A DNA stretch of 63,988 nucleotides, filler included, from Pelomyxa schiedti (lineage: Eukaryota; Protista; Evosea): the NCBI GenBank assembly GCA_020536535.1. It is 6 parts of 6 records of this genome, joined end to end, with 100 filler letters (N's around TTAATTAATTAA, not from the genome) between each part and the next. Parts side by side here need not be neighbours in the genome. Positions count along the whole stretch, not along the records: positions 1 to 25,467 come from JAHLWZ010000248.1; 5 more parts are not named here. One strand, 5' to 3'. Below the pieces are notes generated by a model, which searched no databases, had not been told where the DNA came from, and saw nothing but the letters and a program-made list of their open reading frames with translations. Of this stretch, positions 12,709 through 25,567 are shown one piece after another (position 1 is the stretch's first letter; the number at the start of each line of letters is the position of its first letter). The translations under genes and the position numbers were made by a program.

Positions 12709-15700
12709 CTAGTGCTGCTCTTCAGTTCTGTTCATGATGCTTAATATTTAATAAACATTTTCTTGGAGACATGTGCATACTGTTGTTGTTGCTGTGCGTG
12801 ATTGTTTATTTGAACAGATAGACCGCGTAGTTCCCGGAGTTTTTCACGGGTTCTGAGGAAGGTTGTTAGCTTGGGAATGGGGGTGATGTTTGTTTGGGGT
12901 TTCAACTTGGTCAGAAGAGTCTCTAGTTCTTGTTTCGGCACTTGGTCTCTTTGCAGCATCCTTTTGTGATGCCGGTCAGGAATAAATATGAGCCGGCTAG
13001 TTTACGGGAAATACCTTTTGAGGAACAGTTCCATTTCACCAATAACATCCCGGAGTTGTGAGTGCATTTTCTGGCAGACTCCGCAGACACACCAGGTGCT
13101 TGGGGTTATAAGTGTAAGACGCAAACGAGGGAACGGGATGTGTACTTATCAAAGAGGTGCTTCTGAAGCTGAGTGGCCAAACTATTCGGAATTAAGTAAA
13201 ATATCTATTTAATTACTATATACCCAGATAAGTCTGTGATTGCAGTACTTGCTTTCGCGCTTTTGCGGAATTCAGTACATTATTAAGTTGAATAACGGTT
13301 ACCTCTCTGGAGACAGTCCCGCATTAGTTAACTTACTTTCTACCCTACTTCTAATGAGGCACAGGAGGAACGAAAATTCTCCCACCTTGAGAAAAGTTGC
13401 CGCAGATCTTCAACTTGTTGCCCCATGGTATCTGTCTTGTTGGCCCTACCTGAATGTAAGATATATTGAAGGTAGATAAGAAAACAACAATGTTGCCACA
13501 TCCTGGGACAGCTTGTCCAAAGAGCCACCATAAGTTGGGGAACCCTGTGTATGCGATACAGAAAACGTATCTGGTACATGCTGTAACCTAGTATACGTTT
13601 AAAGTGAACTTCAAGAAAAAAAAAGGGCCAGTACAAAGGTGTGAGATCAGATATGAGCTGCATTCGCATTTCTGTAACTTCATTCTGAACTTGCTGCTTT
13701 CTTGTGATTTATTAGTATGCTTTTGTTTTATATTTCCTAGGCATACATTACAGCAGAGAGAGCACCTGACAATTCACGGTTGGCTGAGGCATTCATTAAT
13801 TTTATTCTAAACCCGGTAAGAAGTCTTGAGGATAAGGTCTTACTTACTGATCCATCAAGTCCGATGTATCTAGTCTCTCGTGGCTGGATTCTTGGTAGGA
13901 ACTAAAAGAGTTTAGATGTGATGATAGCAATTTTCGAGTACTTGGAAATTGCAGATATCAATTGGGCTTGGCATTGCAATTCCTTTAAGTCTTTTTGCCG
14001 GCGGCGATGAGTTTGTTCGGTAGTAATTCGTTTCAATTCGTCTTTGATCTGAAGAGGTTATGAGAAACATCCTACTATCCCAGAGTAAGTCTACCTCCTT
14101 TTGAGCCTTTGATAGCTCCACCATAGCACTTACTGTAGCTTGAATGTGGTGGTGCATAGTTTCAATCATTTGGTTGGTGTCTCGCAATTGAGAAGAAAAC
14201 GCTTCATTTTGTTGCTTTTGTTGCTGTTTAAGAGGTTCAAGAAGTTGGTTTAACCGTTTCTCGACTTGTCCCATATCTTCTTCCTGGTGAGGCGGCGACA
14301 ATTCAGAGTGCGGCTGATTTTGAGCAGTTTTTAATTCGCGAACCTCTTCAAACAGAGTGCCAAGAGTTTGAGTGATATTATCTAGCCTGCAAAGGAGTTC
14401 TGGGTCTGGGGAGGTGTTGGAGCCTTGGCAACTAGTAGGGCCAGAAGTGTATTCTTCATTGCCAAACTCAGTTGAACGTTGGTGCTCCAAGGTGTTATCC
14501 CAATTGTGCCCAGAGGCGTTTGTGGTGTTGACCAAGTTGGAGGTAGTTGAAGTATTATTATGGGAGAGTGAAAGATTTTGGGTATCATGGGAGGGGGATG
14601 CAGGCAATGTACATTGCGGTGACAGTGGCTCAATAACAGGGGGAAGAGGAGACGACAATACCGTCGCTGAGTCTTGTTGCTTGGAAGACTTTGATGGGGT
14701 GGAAGGCGCACACAAATGCGAGGTCGAGATGTTGGATTCAAGTTGTTCTGGTACTGGCTCTTGGGTTGCATTGAGTTGTGCACTTGGCGGCTGAGGGGAA
14801 GTTTCGGATTGTTCCGAAGTCTGCTGCGTTTCTGTGGTCGAGCTTATTGCTGTGATCGATGCAGGCGCTTCATCAACCATATGAACATCATCAGTACTCT
14901 CGAGATTGTTTTGGGAATCCTCAGTCCCATTTGAAGAGGGAGCTGGTACTTCTAGCGTTGAACTTGAAGGAGAAAGAGGTGTGTTGGTGCCATCGCACTT
15001 CGCGGAGGGAATTTGCGGTTCCTGAGTAAGAGGGAAAGCAGAAGCATTACTGCCTACTGTAGCGGTACATTGAGTGGAAGGCTTCAAAGACCCGGGCGAA
15101 GTGAAAACCGAGTCCTCAGCATCCTGGGTGGGCCTACTACCCCACGCATATAAATCTGGCAGAGAAGAAGACCCAAACGTACTCGTATCCAGTGAAGTTG
15201 AAGGGTCGGAAAACACAATACTACCACTACTCTGCTGCGACGGCGCGCCAGTCTGAGAGCCAAAAAAAGGAGGAGGCACAGAAGGTATCTGGTCAAACAG
15301 CCCCCCAGGAATCTTCTCCTTCCCACCAAAGATAGGCTGAAACATTCCCGCCGGAATCTTGTCGTTATCTTTATCTTTCCCGCCATCATCAAACCCAAAA
15401 CTCCCACCACTTCCAAAAATAGCACCACCACTTCTAGTAAACTGAATCTGCCCCGAAAACGTAGTGCTCGTCGTCACCGTCTTGGCGCGGTCTCCTTGTT
15501 CCGTCCCATCATTCCGTTGTTGCTCCCGCGAAATCTCATGGTGTTCGTCCTCCTCCTGCTGCGTCTCCTTTTCGCCGTTGATTATTCCTCCCGAGGTGTT
15601 GAAGTCGACGTTGTTGTTGTTGTTGAACAGATCTGCGGTTGTGTTGCTTAGTTTGCCGGTCGCGGCCATGGCATTCTCGGGGGCTACGTTGAGGGGCGCG

Positions 15701-15978
15701 AATGTGAAATTCGGTGTCGTTGCAAATGTCGTCGTTGTTGGCGATGACTGGCCGCTTGTTGTCGCGGTGTTTTCATTCTCGGAGGAGACGAGCGGGTGCG
15801 CGAGCGTAAAAGTCGGTGTTGTTGTTGTAGCTGATGTTGTTGGTGATGATTGCGACGAGGACGACGACTCGGACGAGGGTGCGAATAGTGTTTGGACCGG
15901 CTGCCTTTTTTTGGGGGGGCGCCCGCGTTGTTTCTTTTTGCCGTTGTCGACAGCGGGCTTACCGCCTGATGGGTGCAT
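12709..15978 (-). CDS. Hypothetical protein: N-terminal AT-hook/NLS, FG-containing and Ser/Thr-rich disordered region, coiled coil, multi-exon C-terminal part
   Basis: 688-aa first ORF starting with KKKQRGRPPKKR. Further short exons with GT..AG introns run to a plausible stop at 12709-12711. Confidence 0.6.
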
Positions 15979-16232
15979 TTAGTGAACTTGGTTGCGGCTT
16001 ATAAAAACTGGTGCTTGGCGTTGTGTTGGGTTCCGCAGCTCTGTGCCCAAAAAAAAAAAAAACCTAGATCTGAACAGATTCTGCGGGAGACTGACAAGCA
16101 GAGCACTTCTTGCGCCCCCCATCCTCCTGACGACGTAAATCTGAAACACTGAGAGTAGAGGATGGGGAACTTGGAAAGCTACCTACTGAATCAAGCCCCT
16201 ACGGTTGATTCTGCTGGGTTGGTCAATCACCT

Positions 16233-17472
16233 TTACATCAACTCTGTCGAGTTGAGTCGGGATTGTGGGCAAAAAAACGTGGGTTCGGTGAACAACCCTA
16301 AGTTGTTTTATTACTCCATCGTTATGAGAGTGTACCGATAATTACAAATATAATACCACAGAATATACTGATTCCTCCCTTTATTGAGGTTAGATTGTGA
16401 GGGGGCATATCTCATCGTCGATGGGGGAAAGGAAAATTACCGAAATAACTAATATCTTCAGGTTCCTAAGTTGCTCCTGAGCATTGTTGGATCCGCTCCT
16501 TCGGAAGATGAGTTGGGTGATATTATATATATATATATTCGTTGATTACATTTCTGAGGCTTCGTTGAGGGACATCTGCTTGGCATTCTTGTTAACCGCG
16601 AAGACGCCGTGCCTCTTTGCCGAAACCCTAGCAATTGAATTCGCGGACATTAGAAGCTCGCCCTGCTCCTCATCCACCGGACCGTGGTTATGACGGTCAC
16701 CCCTTCCGCTTCCGCCGTTCCGGGAAGCAGCCTCCTCCTCCGCGGCGGCCATCTGTGATATCTGGGCAATAAGTGCCCCAGAGTCAAACAGCGAAGAAGA
16801 AGAGGAGGAGGAGGAGGAGGAAGAAGAAGAAGAGGAGGACGAGTGAGACGAGTGGTGGTGGTGATGCATCCCCAACGCAACCTGAGGGTCCACAGTTACC
16901 ATTGGCATCCACTTCCTCTCAGGAGGTTGATGCTGCTGCTGCTGCCTGGTCGGCTCCTTCGCCACCGCGCTCGCTGCGGCAGCAGGCGACGGCAGCACCA
17001 GTGACGGCGGTGGTGGTGGCATCAACGCCGCAACAGCAGCTGCCGTCCATTCTCCCCTCAGAATCCCACCAACTGTAACACCAGAACCAGCACCAACAGA
17101 AGTAGTACTAGAAGCATAAGCAGAACCCCCGGTTCCATTCACACCCGCGCCTCCCATAATTATAGTTTGCTCGTCTGCGTCGCCCAGCAAAGCGCGGTTG
17201 GTGTCGGAGACCACCTCGGTGTTCTCGTCCATGTAGTACTCGACGGGCTGCGCGGATCCGTAGCTATCGCGGCTGTGCCTTTTGGCGTGCGAAGAGGCGC
17301 GCCGGTTGGCGTTGGCGTTGGCGTTGGCGTCGCCGCCGGGGTACTCGAGGGACAGGGTGAGCTCCGGCGGGATTGTGGGAGATGAGCCGGGGGACGACGG
17401 CGGCGAGGGGGCCGTGGACGGGGGCGCGGGCGGCGCCTCCTCTGCTACCTCATCATCGTCATCAGGGTCCAT
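16233..17472 (-). CDS. Low-complexity hypothetical protein with probable C-terminal transmembrane helix (tail-anchored)
   Basis: 308-aa GC-rich ORF. Downstream exons encode LKILVISGGISIFCGIIFVII shortly before a stop; last exon uncertain. Confidence 0.5.
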
Positions 17473-17726
17473 TCCTCTTTCTAGCTCGAATCTGCTGCGA
17501 TCGGTCGTTCGTTCTGGGTGTCTTTGTTGATTTTTGGACAGTGATGGTGGCAGTTCAGGAATTCATCGTTGTGCTGCGATGGATGTGGATAGATGTGATG
17601 TTGGGGTTCTGGTCCCAACATCAACAAGGTTCAATCAATCATTATTCGCTGTCAACCCAACAACAATATTGTTTAGCTGTGTGTGTTGAAACGAGGTAAT
17701 TCAAAAAAAATCTGACTGTAATCGAG

Positions 17727-19164
17727 ATGACATCACACTCAGCAGCGTCATGTTGTGAATGCGGATCTATGGCATTGAGACTGAGTGGAACGGGTGACAT
17801 GATGCCACGTGTCGGTTTTGGCACCTGGTATGCGTCTGCTACATAACTGCAACTTAATATGTTTTGTGTCTGAAAAACTGATTGTTTCACGATTGCCCTG
17901 TCATGTTGGCTTTTATTTTTGTTTGTTTGTATTCGTTCCACTCTTTCTGATCACCATCCGAAAGGTTGGCACAGAAAAATGTTGTTGGGGAAGCTGTCAA
18001 ACTGGCAATTTCATGTGGTTACCGGTAATTTTTCCTTTCGGAAACCAGTCAGTTTTTTTTTTTACTCCCGCGCAGGCACATTGACTGTGCAGAGATATAT
18101 GGAAATGAGGAGGAAATCGGGCAAGCAATTGCAGTTGCAATGGCCGAGAATCACCTGACAAGAAACCAATTGTGGCTCACCTCAAAACTGTGGTATCATC
18201 TTATAATCTGAACTTTCATCCGTTGAATTTGAACACCAATATATATTTTAGGAGCACACACCACGCACCAGAAGATGTCAGACCTGCTCTTTTGAAAACT
18301 CTTTCCGACCTTGGTGTTTCTTATCTTGACCTTTACCTCAGTATTTGTTCTTTCAAGCTGTTCACATCACATCATTCTTTATTTTTTTACCACTGCTTCA
18401 TAGTTCACTTTCCTGGGAGTTTCACCAAGGATGCGTCATTTCCTCCACAGCCGGAACACTACATTGAAATACCCACGATCGACACGTGGAGGGAAATGGA
18501 AAAACTGGTTGATGACGGGCTTGTCAGGAACATCGGAGGTTGCTTCCCCAATTTTTCAACACACGATTTCTGAACAAAAACATAATAGTTTCCAACTTCT
18601 CGTGTGCCAAGATCGAGAAGTTCTGGGACCAGTGCAGGATCAAACCATCAGTGAACCAATTCGAGCTGCACCCAATGCTTCCGCAAGCGAAGCTCCGGGA
18701 ATATTGCAAACTGAGAAACATCTGTGTGACTGGGTATGGTTCTCTCCTCAACAACGGGAGCCCTTTCCGCGGAACCGCTCCGAATCTTTTGCTGAATCCC
18801 ACGATTCTCAAAGTTGCGGCCAAGCACAGGAGATCACCCGGTTCGTTTTTGTTGCACTTCCCGGTTCAATTTTATTGATGCTCACAAACAAACAAACAAA
18901 ACAGCGCAAGTGTTGCTTCGATGGGGGATTCAAATGAATGCAATTGTGATTCCCAAGTCAACGACGCGAGAGAGGATCATTGAGAACAGCCAGTTGTGGG
19001 ACTTCTCCCTTGACAACGATGGTGTGTCTCTTCTCTGTTATATTCCTTTTGTTCACTCAACTGCAGACCTTGGTGCCATTTACTGTGAGGACAGGCACCT
19101 CAGGATTGCTGGACACGGTTTCCTTAAGGGCAGAACCCTTGATGAGTTCTGGGACTACGAGTGA
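17727..19164 (+). CDS. Aldo-keto reductase (AKR), copy 1
   Basis: Spliced motifs [55 protein letters not shown]; catalytic Asp/Tyr/Lys/His all present. Confidence 0.93.
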
Positions 19165-19216
19165 GAGCGAATCTTTAATTATTCACCTCAAAACCAAACA
19201 TCAAATTCACACTGTT

Positions 19217-19306
19217 GCTCTGGTAGCTCAGTTGGTTAGAGCGCGGTACTTATAAGAATAGTATTGAGTCATGCTGAGGTCGTGGGTTCGATCCCCACCC
19301 GGAGCA
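19217..19306 (+). tRNA. tRNA-Ile(UAU) with 16-nt intron at canonical 37/38 (19255-19270)
   Basis: GCTCTGG/CCGGAGC acceptor stem, GCTC/GAGC D arm, anticodon TAT 19251-19253, GTGGG-TTCGATC-CCCAC T arm, T-run downstream. Confidence 0.93.
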
Positions 19307-19388
19307 AATTTTTGAATCGAACTAGATAAACATGATGGTGCCATCAAATTCGTACATGCGAAACCAAAAAAAATAAAACAAAATTTAA

Positions 19389-20993
19389 ATGTTCTCTGGC
19401 GGTGCCGTAGAACTTGTTGATACACCGACAACCCCCCTTTTTGCTGCGAACCAGTTCGTAGCACTCGCGTGTGCTTTTTTCCACTCAAGCAGCGCCAGTA
19501 GCCCCGTCGGTACCCCGTGTCGTCCCCTAAGCCCCATAATCGGGCGTGTTGGCAGCGTCTACCCCACCGCCAACTCGGCGCGCTGCCCATCCCCAACAAC
19601 ATTAACATCTACGTCGCCATCAACATCGACATCGACAGCGACAGCGACACCCCCATCACCATCAAAATCAAAATCAACATCAAAATCCTGTTGCTATGTT
19701 GGGCTTTTGCCTTTTTGGATTGTTGTTGACGTCATTGGTAAGAGGTGGGTGATGGCTGTTGAAAGGGTTGTGGAGGCTACTTTCTCCAGTGGTATGATGA
19801 TGGAGAGCCCCGAGCGCCGCGTCTTGTTCAGTGTGTCACACACCCTCGGGATTGTGCAGAGGCCACACCAGGTACCTACCCTGCAGCTATCTTCGCTCCA
19901 GGCCACTCTTGGCTGGATTGCACCTGGCAGGACTGTTGTGGAGGAGCATCGCGGCAGAAAGCACAGCTTCTCTGTTGTGGAAGGCCGCAGGAAAGCTGTT
20001 GCCGGACCTATTTCAATCCCTGGGACCACGGTGTGCCCGATTGCAGCGTGCAACAGGAGGTGGATTGTGATATCACAGAAGGCTCAGAGCCTGCTGGTTG
20101 TGTGGAAGGTTGTGGATGGGTTGCCACTGCCTGATCACGTCGCTGTGGAGTGCTCATGGGTGAAGAACCTCCTATCCCTGAAGTTCTTCTCACAGAGCAG
20201 CGAGTATTACTATGAGTCTGACACACTTGAGGCGTTCTCCCTTGAGTTTACTGGTCGTAGGCAAAGAGAGGATACTATTGTTGGGTTCCACATTGACCTG
20301 AATGCTGTGTGGAATGAGCACGCAATCACAGACCCATTAGCTGTTGGCGAATGCAAGTTGGAAAAAGCAGGCCTTTCAACTGATCGCTTATGTCGTCCAC
20401 TGGTTGACAGAGTGGAAAGGAACTACTACCTGCCGTTCACCACACAGAAATCAGGGAAGCGAGCTGAAAGGTTGTTTGACTTGACCATGGGAATTCCCTT
20501 CACGTGGTTGGATGATAGCACAGGGCTGCAGGTGCAAGCAGTTGATGGGTCACACCTATCCGCAACAACAAGTGACAACTCTTCCACCTCTGTCCTTTCG
20601 TTATCATCACTCCGCCACAACGACGCCCCCACCCCAAAGAGGAGGAAGAGTAATGCACTTCCACAACCTGTATCATGCATCAAACATGCACCAGGAACAC
20701 AGTGTGTACTTGCTGGCTGCGGCTTTATTGTGTCTAGCACCACTGTTACAGCGCAACACAATCCAGTTGATCTTCTGCATGCTCCACTTTGCTTGGACAA
20801 AATGTTTACAACGACTTACCAAGGCACAAGGACCACACTGACAACAAGGCACACATTCACAGACGCTTTGACCGGTGGTACATTGTTCACTATGCAACTA
20901 CCTCTGGGACTCTTCCCGCAGTTTCTCCTCCCGATCCCGTTCACCTCTCCACAGTTACATGAGACTGTATCTTCATCTCTTTTTTTAATATAA
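19389..20993 (+). CDS. Intronless hypothetical protein of a lineage-specific family (QFVALACA..W..VSxTLGIV..CNxxW)
   Basis: 534-aa uninterrupted ORF; motifs shared with ORFs at 27772, 29079 and 62158. Confidence 0.8.
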   Translation: MFSGGAVELVDTPTTPLFAANQFVALACAFFHSSSASSPVGTPCRPLSPIIGRVGSVYPTANSARCPSPTTLTSTSPSTSTSTATATPPSPSKSKSTSKSCCYVGLLPFWIVVDVIGKRWVMAVERVVEATFSSGMMMESPERRVLFSVSHTLGIVQRPHQVPTLQLSSLQATLGWIAPGRTVVEEHRGRKHSFSVVEGRRKAVAGPISIPGTTVCPIAACNRRWIVISQKAQSLLVVWKVVDGLPLPDHVAVECSWVKNLLSLKFFSQSSEYYYESDTLEAFSLEFTGRRQREDTIVGFHIDLNAVWNEHAITDPLAVGECKLEKAGLSTDRLCRPLVDRVERNYYLPFTTQKSGKRAERLFDLTMGIPFTWLDDSTGLQVQAVDGSHLSATTSDNSSTSVLSLSSLRHNDAPTPKRRKSNALPQPVSCIKHAPGTQCVLAGCGFIVSSTTVTAQHNPVDLLHAPLCLDKMFTTTYQGTRTTLTTRHTFTDALTGGTLFTMQLPLGLFPQFLLPIPFTSPQLHETVSSSLFLI

Positions 20994-21030
20994 CAATACA
21001 AACAATACGTTGAAGAAAAGATTTTTGAAA

Positions 21031-21931
21031 TCAATTTGTTGCTAAAAAGACTTGTGACACTAGCAATGTGGCAATAACAGACCCCGTGGAGGCATCAGCA
21101 ACCACAATGGACTTACAATCGGACCTCTCTTCTGGTATAACTTCCCATACCACAACTCCTGTGCTCTGTGGGGACACTCTCTTCATATTGATCCGAGATA
21201 AATCCCTCGTTGCCGGGTGAACCATGCAAGGTGTACATGTGTCTCTTGTGCGGTACACAGCCACTTCACTGCTGTTCCTCTGAACGCCTATGAGGTCATT
21301 TCCGAGGTAGTCGCCTGCATGATGGAACTCGTAAGTCTCTCCAGTTCTGGTGTTGAAGATACGGTCATCCTGCATTACGCAGACTGGGTCTGATGACGTG
21401 ATAAAATTCACGTGCTTCTTGCTTGGAAGTGGGACCTCAGCCAAAATAACCAAGGCCTTTTTGCTGAGAGTTTCCTCCAAGTCAACGTGCAGCAGGCTGT
21501 TGCTTCCTGCGTTCGGGCAAACCATAAGCACATTTGGGTCCTCGCGAGATAGTGTGCAGCAGGTGCTATAAGGCTGCCCAATAGTATTCCCAATAACCAC
21601 AGGCGTATCTCTCTGCACCACAGCGCCGTCCTGTACCCTCCACAAGTATAGCGAGAAGGGCGTGTGAACAACAACCCACAGGAAGCTGCAGTACACAGCA
21701 GTCAAAGGGCGTTCCAAAGTAGGCCCCGCAGGCAAGCGCGAGGAACTGATTATGGGAATGGGGCAGCGTGGTGGCCATCGACGCGGCTATGGTCCCGCCG
21801 TTGTTTTGGATGTTGTTGCTGGTGGCGATACTACCACTGGAAGAAGTTGTAATTGGGGTCAGTTGTTGGGTTCTGGGTCTCTTTGGTGGTTTTGGTTGTG
21901 ACGGACATATGCCTGCCTGGTGTGGGTGCAT
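21031..21931 (-). pseudogene. Probably disrupted member of the same family
   Basis: N-terminal motif HNQFLALACGA lies in ORF 21566-21931, whereas the C-terminal family-like part (CSFLWVVV..LYLWRV..VDLEETL..VADASTGSVI) is in another frame (21031-21735). The central TLG motif is missing. Confidence 0.5.
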
Positions 21932-22217
21932 CTTATTTATTAATTAAGAATATGTATTTCAAAAAAAAAAAGTCGTGTTGCTTCACTACTTTTATCGTCT
22001 TTGATGGATTCGGCCAAGTTGGAGAACTTGTGTTGCAACTTGAGTTGAGCTCATCTATCCTGGATCGATACTGCTCCCCCAGTCGATGTATCACTGCCAC
22101 TTTGAAGTCCTCGCCCATCTCTCAGCGAAGTGATGGGGGCATCTCTCCTCCCGTCCTCACAAGACTCATCAAGTCATTTTCCTGTAAACCCCCTTAAACT
22201 CGTCTGACGGTCAGACA

Positions 22218-23667
22218 ATGTCTTCAACAAGTGAATGTGAATCTGTGGCATTGAGGCTGAGTGGAACGGGTGACATGATGCCACGCGTAGGTTTCGGCAC
22301 CTGGTATGCGTCTGATGTGACATCTAATATTGCTATTTCTTTTTATCTCCCGCCATTTCGTTTGTTCTTGCGTACGGCTGGTTGATGGCCCTTAATTTTT
22401 TTTTTTGTTGAGTTTTGTTCTTTTTTCGTTCACACATTCACCACTTGAAAGGTTGGCACAGAAAAATGTCGTTGGGGAAGCTGTCAAACTGGCAATTTCA
22501 TGTGGTTACAGGTCGTGTACCCTCTCTTGCACGAAATGAAACTAAATACCGCCACGCAGGCACATCGATTGTGCAGAAAAATATGGAAATGAGGAGGAAA
22601 TCGGGCAAGCAATTGCAGCTGCAATGGCCGAGAATCACCTAACCAGAAACCAATTGTGGCTCACCTCAAAACTGTGGTATCATCTTATAGTCAGTCTAAT
22701 TTTATAAAATAATAATAATAATAACTATCGGCCTTTTGAAAACCAATTGCATTCATTCTTTTTAGGAGCACACACCACGCACCAGAAGATGTCAGACCTG
22801 CTCTTTTGAAAACTCTTTCCGACCTTGGTGTTTCTTATCTTGACCTTTACCTCAGTATTTTTTCTTTCAACCTCCACATCATTCTTTATTTTTTACCGCT
22901 TCACAGTTCACTTTCCTTTGAGTTTCACCAAGGACGCGCCATTTCCTCCACAGCCGGAACACTACATTGAAATACCCACGATCGACACGTGGAGGGAAAT
23001 GGAAAAACTGGTTGATGACGGGCTTGTCAGGAACATCGGAGGTTGCTTCCCCAATTTTTCAACACACGATTTCTGAACAAAAACATAATAGTTTCCAACT
23101 TCTCGTGTGCCAAGATCGAGAAGTTCTGGGACCAGTGCAGGATCAAACCATCAGTGAACCAATTCGAGCTGCACCCAATGCTTCCGCAAGCGAAGCTCCG
23201 GGAATATTGCAAACTGAGAAACATCTGTGTGACTGGGTATGGTTCTCTCCTCAACAACGGGAGCCCTTTCCGCGGAACCGCTCCGAATCTTTTGCTGAAC
23301 CCCACGATTCTCAAAGTTGCGGCCAAGCACAGGAGATCACCCGGTTCGTTTTTGTTGCACTTCCCGGTTCAATTCATTGATGCTCACAAACAAAACAGCG
23401 CAAGTGTTGCTTCGATGGGGAATTCAAATGAATGCAATTGTGATTCCCAAGTCAACGACGCGTGAGAGGATCATGGAGAACAGCCAGTTGTGGGACTTCT
23501 CCCTTGACAACGATGGTGTGTGCTCTGTGTTTCTTCCCTTTATGTATATGACTGACTGGTGAATCGCAGACCTTGGTGCCATTTACTGCGAGGACAGGCA
23601 CTTCAGGATTGGTGGTAACATTTTCCTCAATGGCAAGACACCAGATGAGTTCTGGGACTACGAGTGA
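22218..23667 (+). CDS. Aldo-keto reductase, copy 2
   Basis: Same exon structure and motifs as copy 1; ends EFWDYE*. Confidence 0.92.
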
Positions 23668-23958
23668 GAAGGATTTTTAGTGGAAATCATCACTCTGGGA
23701 AAACAATAAAGAAGCTTAATTAATGTTCCGCGTTACTTGTTTCCCATTGCAACCCCAATGTAACCAACGTGATCATCATCACACAAGGAACAGAGTGTGT
23801 TGTTGCTGCATATGGACGGCTGGTTGATTTACAATTATAATTGCAAAATATGGGGATAAAGATGGGGGTAAATATTCCCACATGCTCACGGCACACCAAT
23901 CAACACAATCTATTCAATGAAGTATAGACCCTGGTTTTTTTTCTGAATGAACATTCAT

Positions 23959-24318
23959 CTAATTATGTGAAGCCATTGTGCCAAAGTCATCCTGGACCTT
24001 TATGTTTATGTCCACCTTCCTTTGTATTGGCTCCGTGTCATGAAATCGCAAAAGGGCCACCCTGTAGTCTGTATCCTCGTTGCTCATGTCAGCCATCACT
24101 CTTGTGGATAAACAACACTTGCTAGTTTCCACCATGTTGCTGTCATCCTCGAGTGTGACCTGTATCACTTTGCCCTGGGCATACAGCTTCTTGTTCTGAA
24201 TGGTCAAGAAGACACTGAGCCCACTTGTATCTTTCTCCAATTTGACAGTGACTTGCAAGTCCAAGCATGGTGTTACAATAGTGTCCGGCCCATTCAATCC
24301 CCAGAATACACAGTCACG
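23959..24318 (-). CDS. 3' fragment of a gene (beta-rich, possibly MATH-like domain), truncated by gap
   Basis: Open frame RDCVFWGLNGPDT..GLSVFLTIQ..MASHN*; repeated at 25108-25467. Confidence 0.5.
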   Translation of the reverse strand, partial: RDCVFWGLNGPDTIVTPCLDLQVTVKLEKDTSGLSVFLTIQNKKLYAQGKVIQVTLEDDSNMVETSKCCLSTRVMADMSNEDTDYRVALLRFHDTEPIQRKVDINIKVQDDFGTMASHN

Positions 24319-24418
24319 NNNNNNNNNNNNNNNNNNNNNNNNNNNNNNNNNNNNNNNNNNNNNNNNNNNNNNNNNNNNNNNNNNNNNNNNNNNNNNNNNN
24401 NNNNNNNNNNNNNNNNNN

Positions 24419-25467
24419 ACAACGGGAGCCCTTTCCGCGGAACCGCTCCGAATCTTTTGCTGAATCCCACGATTCTCAAAGTTGCGGCCAAGCACAGGAG
24501 ATCACCCGGTTCGTTTTTGTTGCACTTCCCGGTTCAATTCATTGATGCTCACAAACAAACAAACAAACAAAACAGCGCAAGTGTTGCTTCGATGGGGAAT
24601 ACAAATGAATGCAATTGTGATTCCCAAGTCAACGACGCGTGAGAGGATCATTGAGAACAGCCAGTTGTGGGACTTCTCCCTTGACAACGATGGTGTGTGC
24701 TCTGTGTTTCTTCCCTTGTATATGTATATGACTGACTGGTGAATCGCAGACCTTGGTGCCATTTACTGCGAGGACAGGCACTTCAGGATTGGTGGCAACA
24801 TTTTCCTCAATGGCAAGACACCAGATGAGTTCTGGGACTACGAGTGAGAAGGATTTTTAGTGGAAATCATCACTCTGGGAAAACAATAAATAAGCTTAAT
24901 TAATGTTCCGCGTTACTTGTTTCCCATTGCAACCCCAACGTGATCATCATCACACAAGGAACAGAGTGTGTTGTTGCTGGCTATGGACGGCTGGTTGATT
25001 TACAATTATAATTGCAAAATATGGGGATAAATATAGGGGGTAAATATTCCCACATGCTCACGGCACACCAAGTATAGACCCTGGTTTTTTTCTGAATGAA
25101 CATTCATCTAATTATGTGAAGCCATTGTGCCAAAGTCATCCTGGACCTTTATGTTTATGTCCACCTTCCTTTGTATTGGCTCCGTGTCATGAAATCGCAA
25201 CAGGGCCACCCTGTAGTCTGTATTCTCGTTGCTCATGTCAGCCAGCACTCTTGTGGATAAACAACACTTGCTAGTTTCCACCATGTTGCTGTCATCCTCG
25301 AGTGTGACCTGTATCACTTTGCCCTGGGCATACAGCTTCTTGTTCCGAATGGTCAAGAAGACACTGAGCCCACTTGTATCTTTCTCCAATTTGACAGTGA
25401 CTTGCAAGTCCAAGCATGGTGTTACAATAGTGTCCGGCCCATTCAATCCCCAGAATACACAGTCACG
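24419..25467. repeat. Near-identical duplicate of ~23256-24318 (AKR 3' end 24419-24847 on +, gene fragment 25108-25467 on -); allele or tandem copy
   Basis: Both copies end at the same base (..cagtcacg) next to N gaps and differ by SNPs and short indels. Confidence 0.85.
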
Positions 25468-25567
25468 NNNNNNNNNNNNNNNNNNNNNNNNNNNNNNNNN
25501 NNNNNNNNNNNTTAATTAATTAANNNNNNNNNNNNNNNNNNNNNNNNNNNNNNNNNNNNNNNNNNNN
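25468..25567. other. Artificial scaffold spacer N44-TTAATTAATTAA-N44 (also 48159-48258, 53389-53488, 61545-61644, 62699-62798)
   Basis: Identical 100-nt construct with an all-frame stop linker; adjacency across these joins is not guaranteed. Confidence 0.95.

Noticed and set aside
14372-15982. Long antisense ORFs (also 12084, 32332-32953, 55542-56589)
   Set aside because: Shadow ORFs of GC-rich low-complexity coding strands.
25512-25523. Recurring TTAATTAATTAA palindrome
   Set aside because: Artificial all-frame stop linker inside N spacers.
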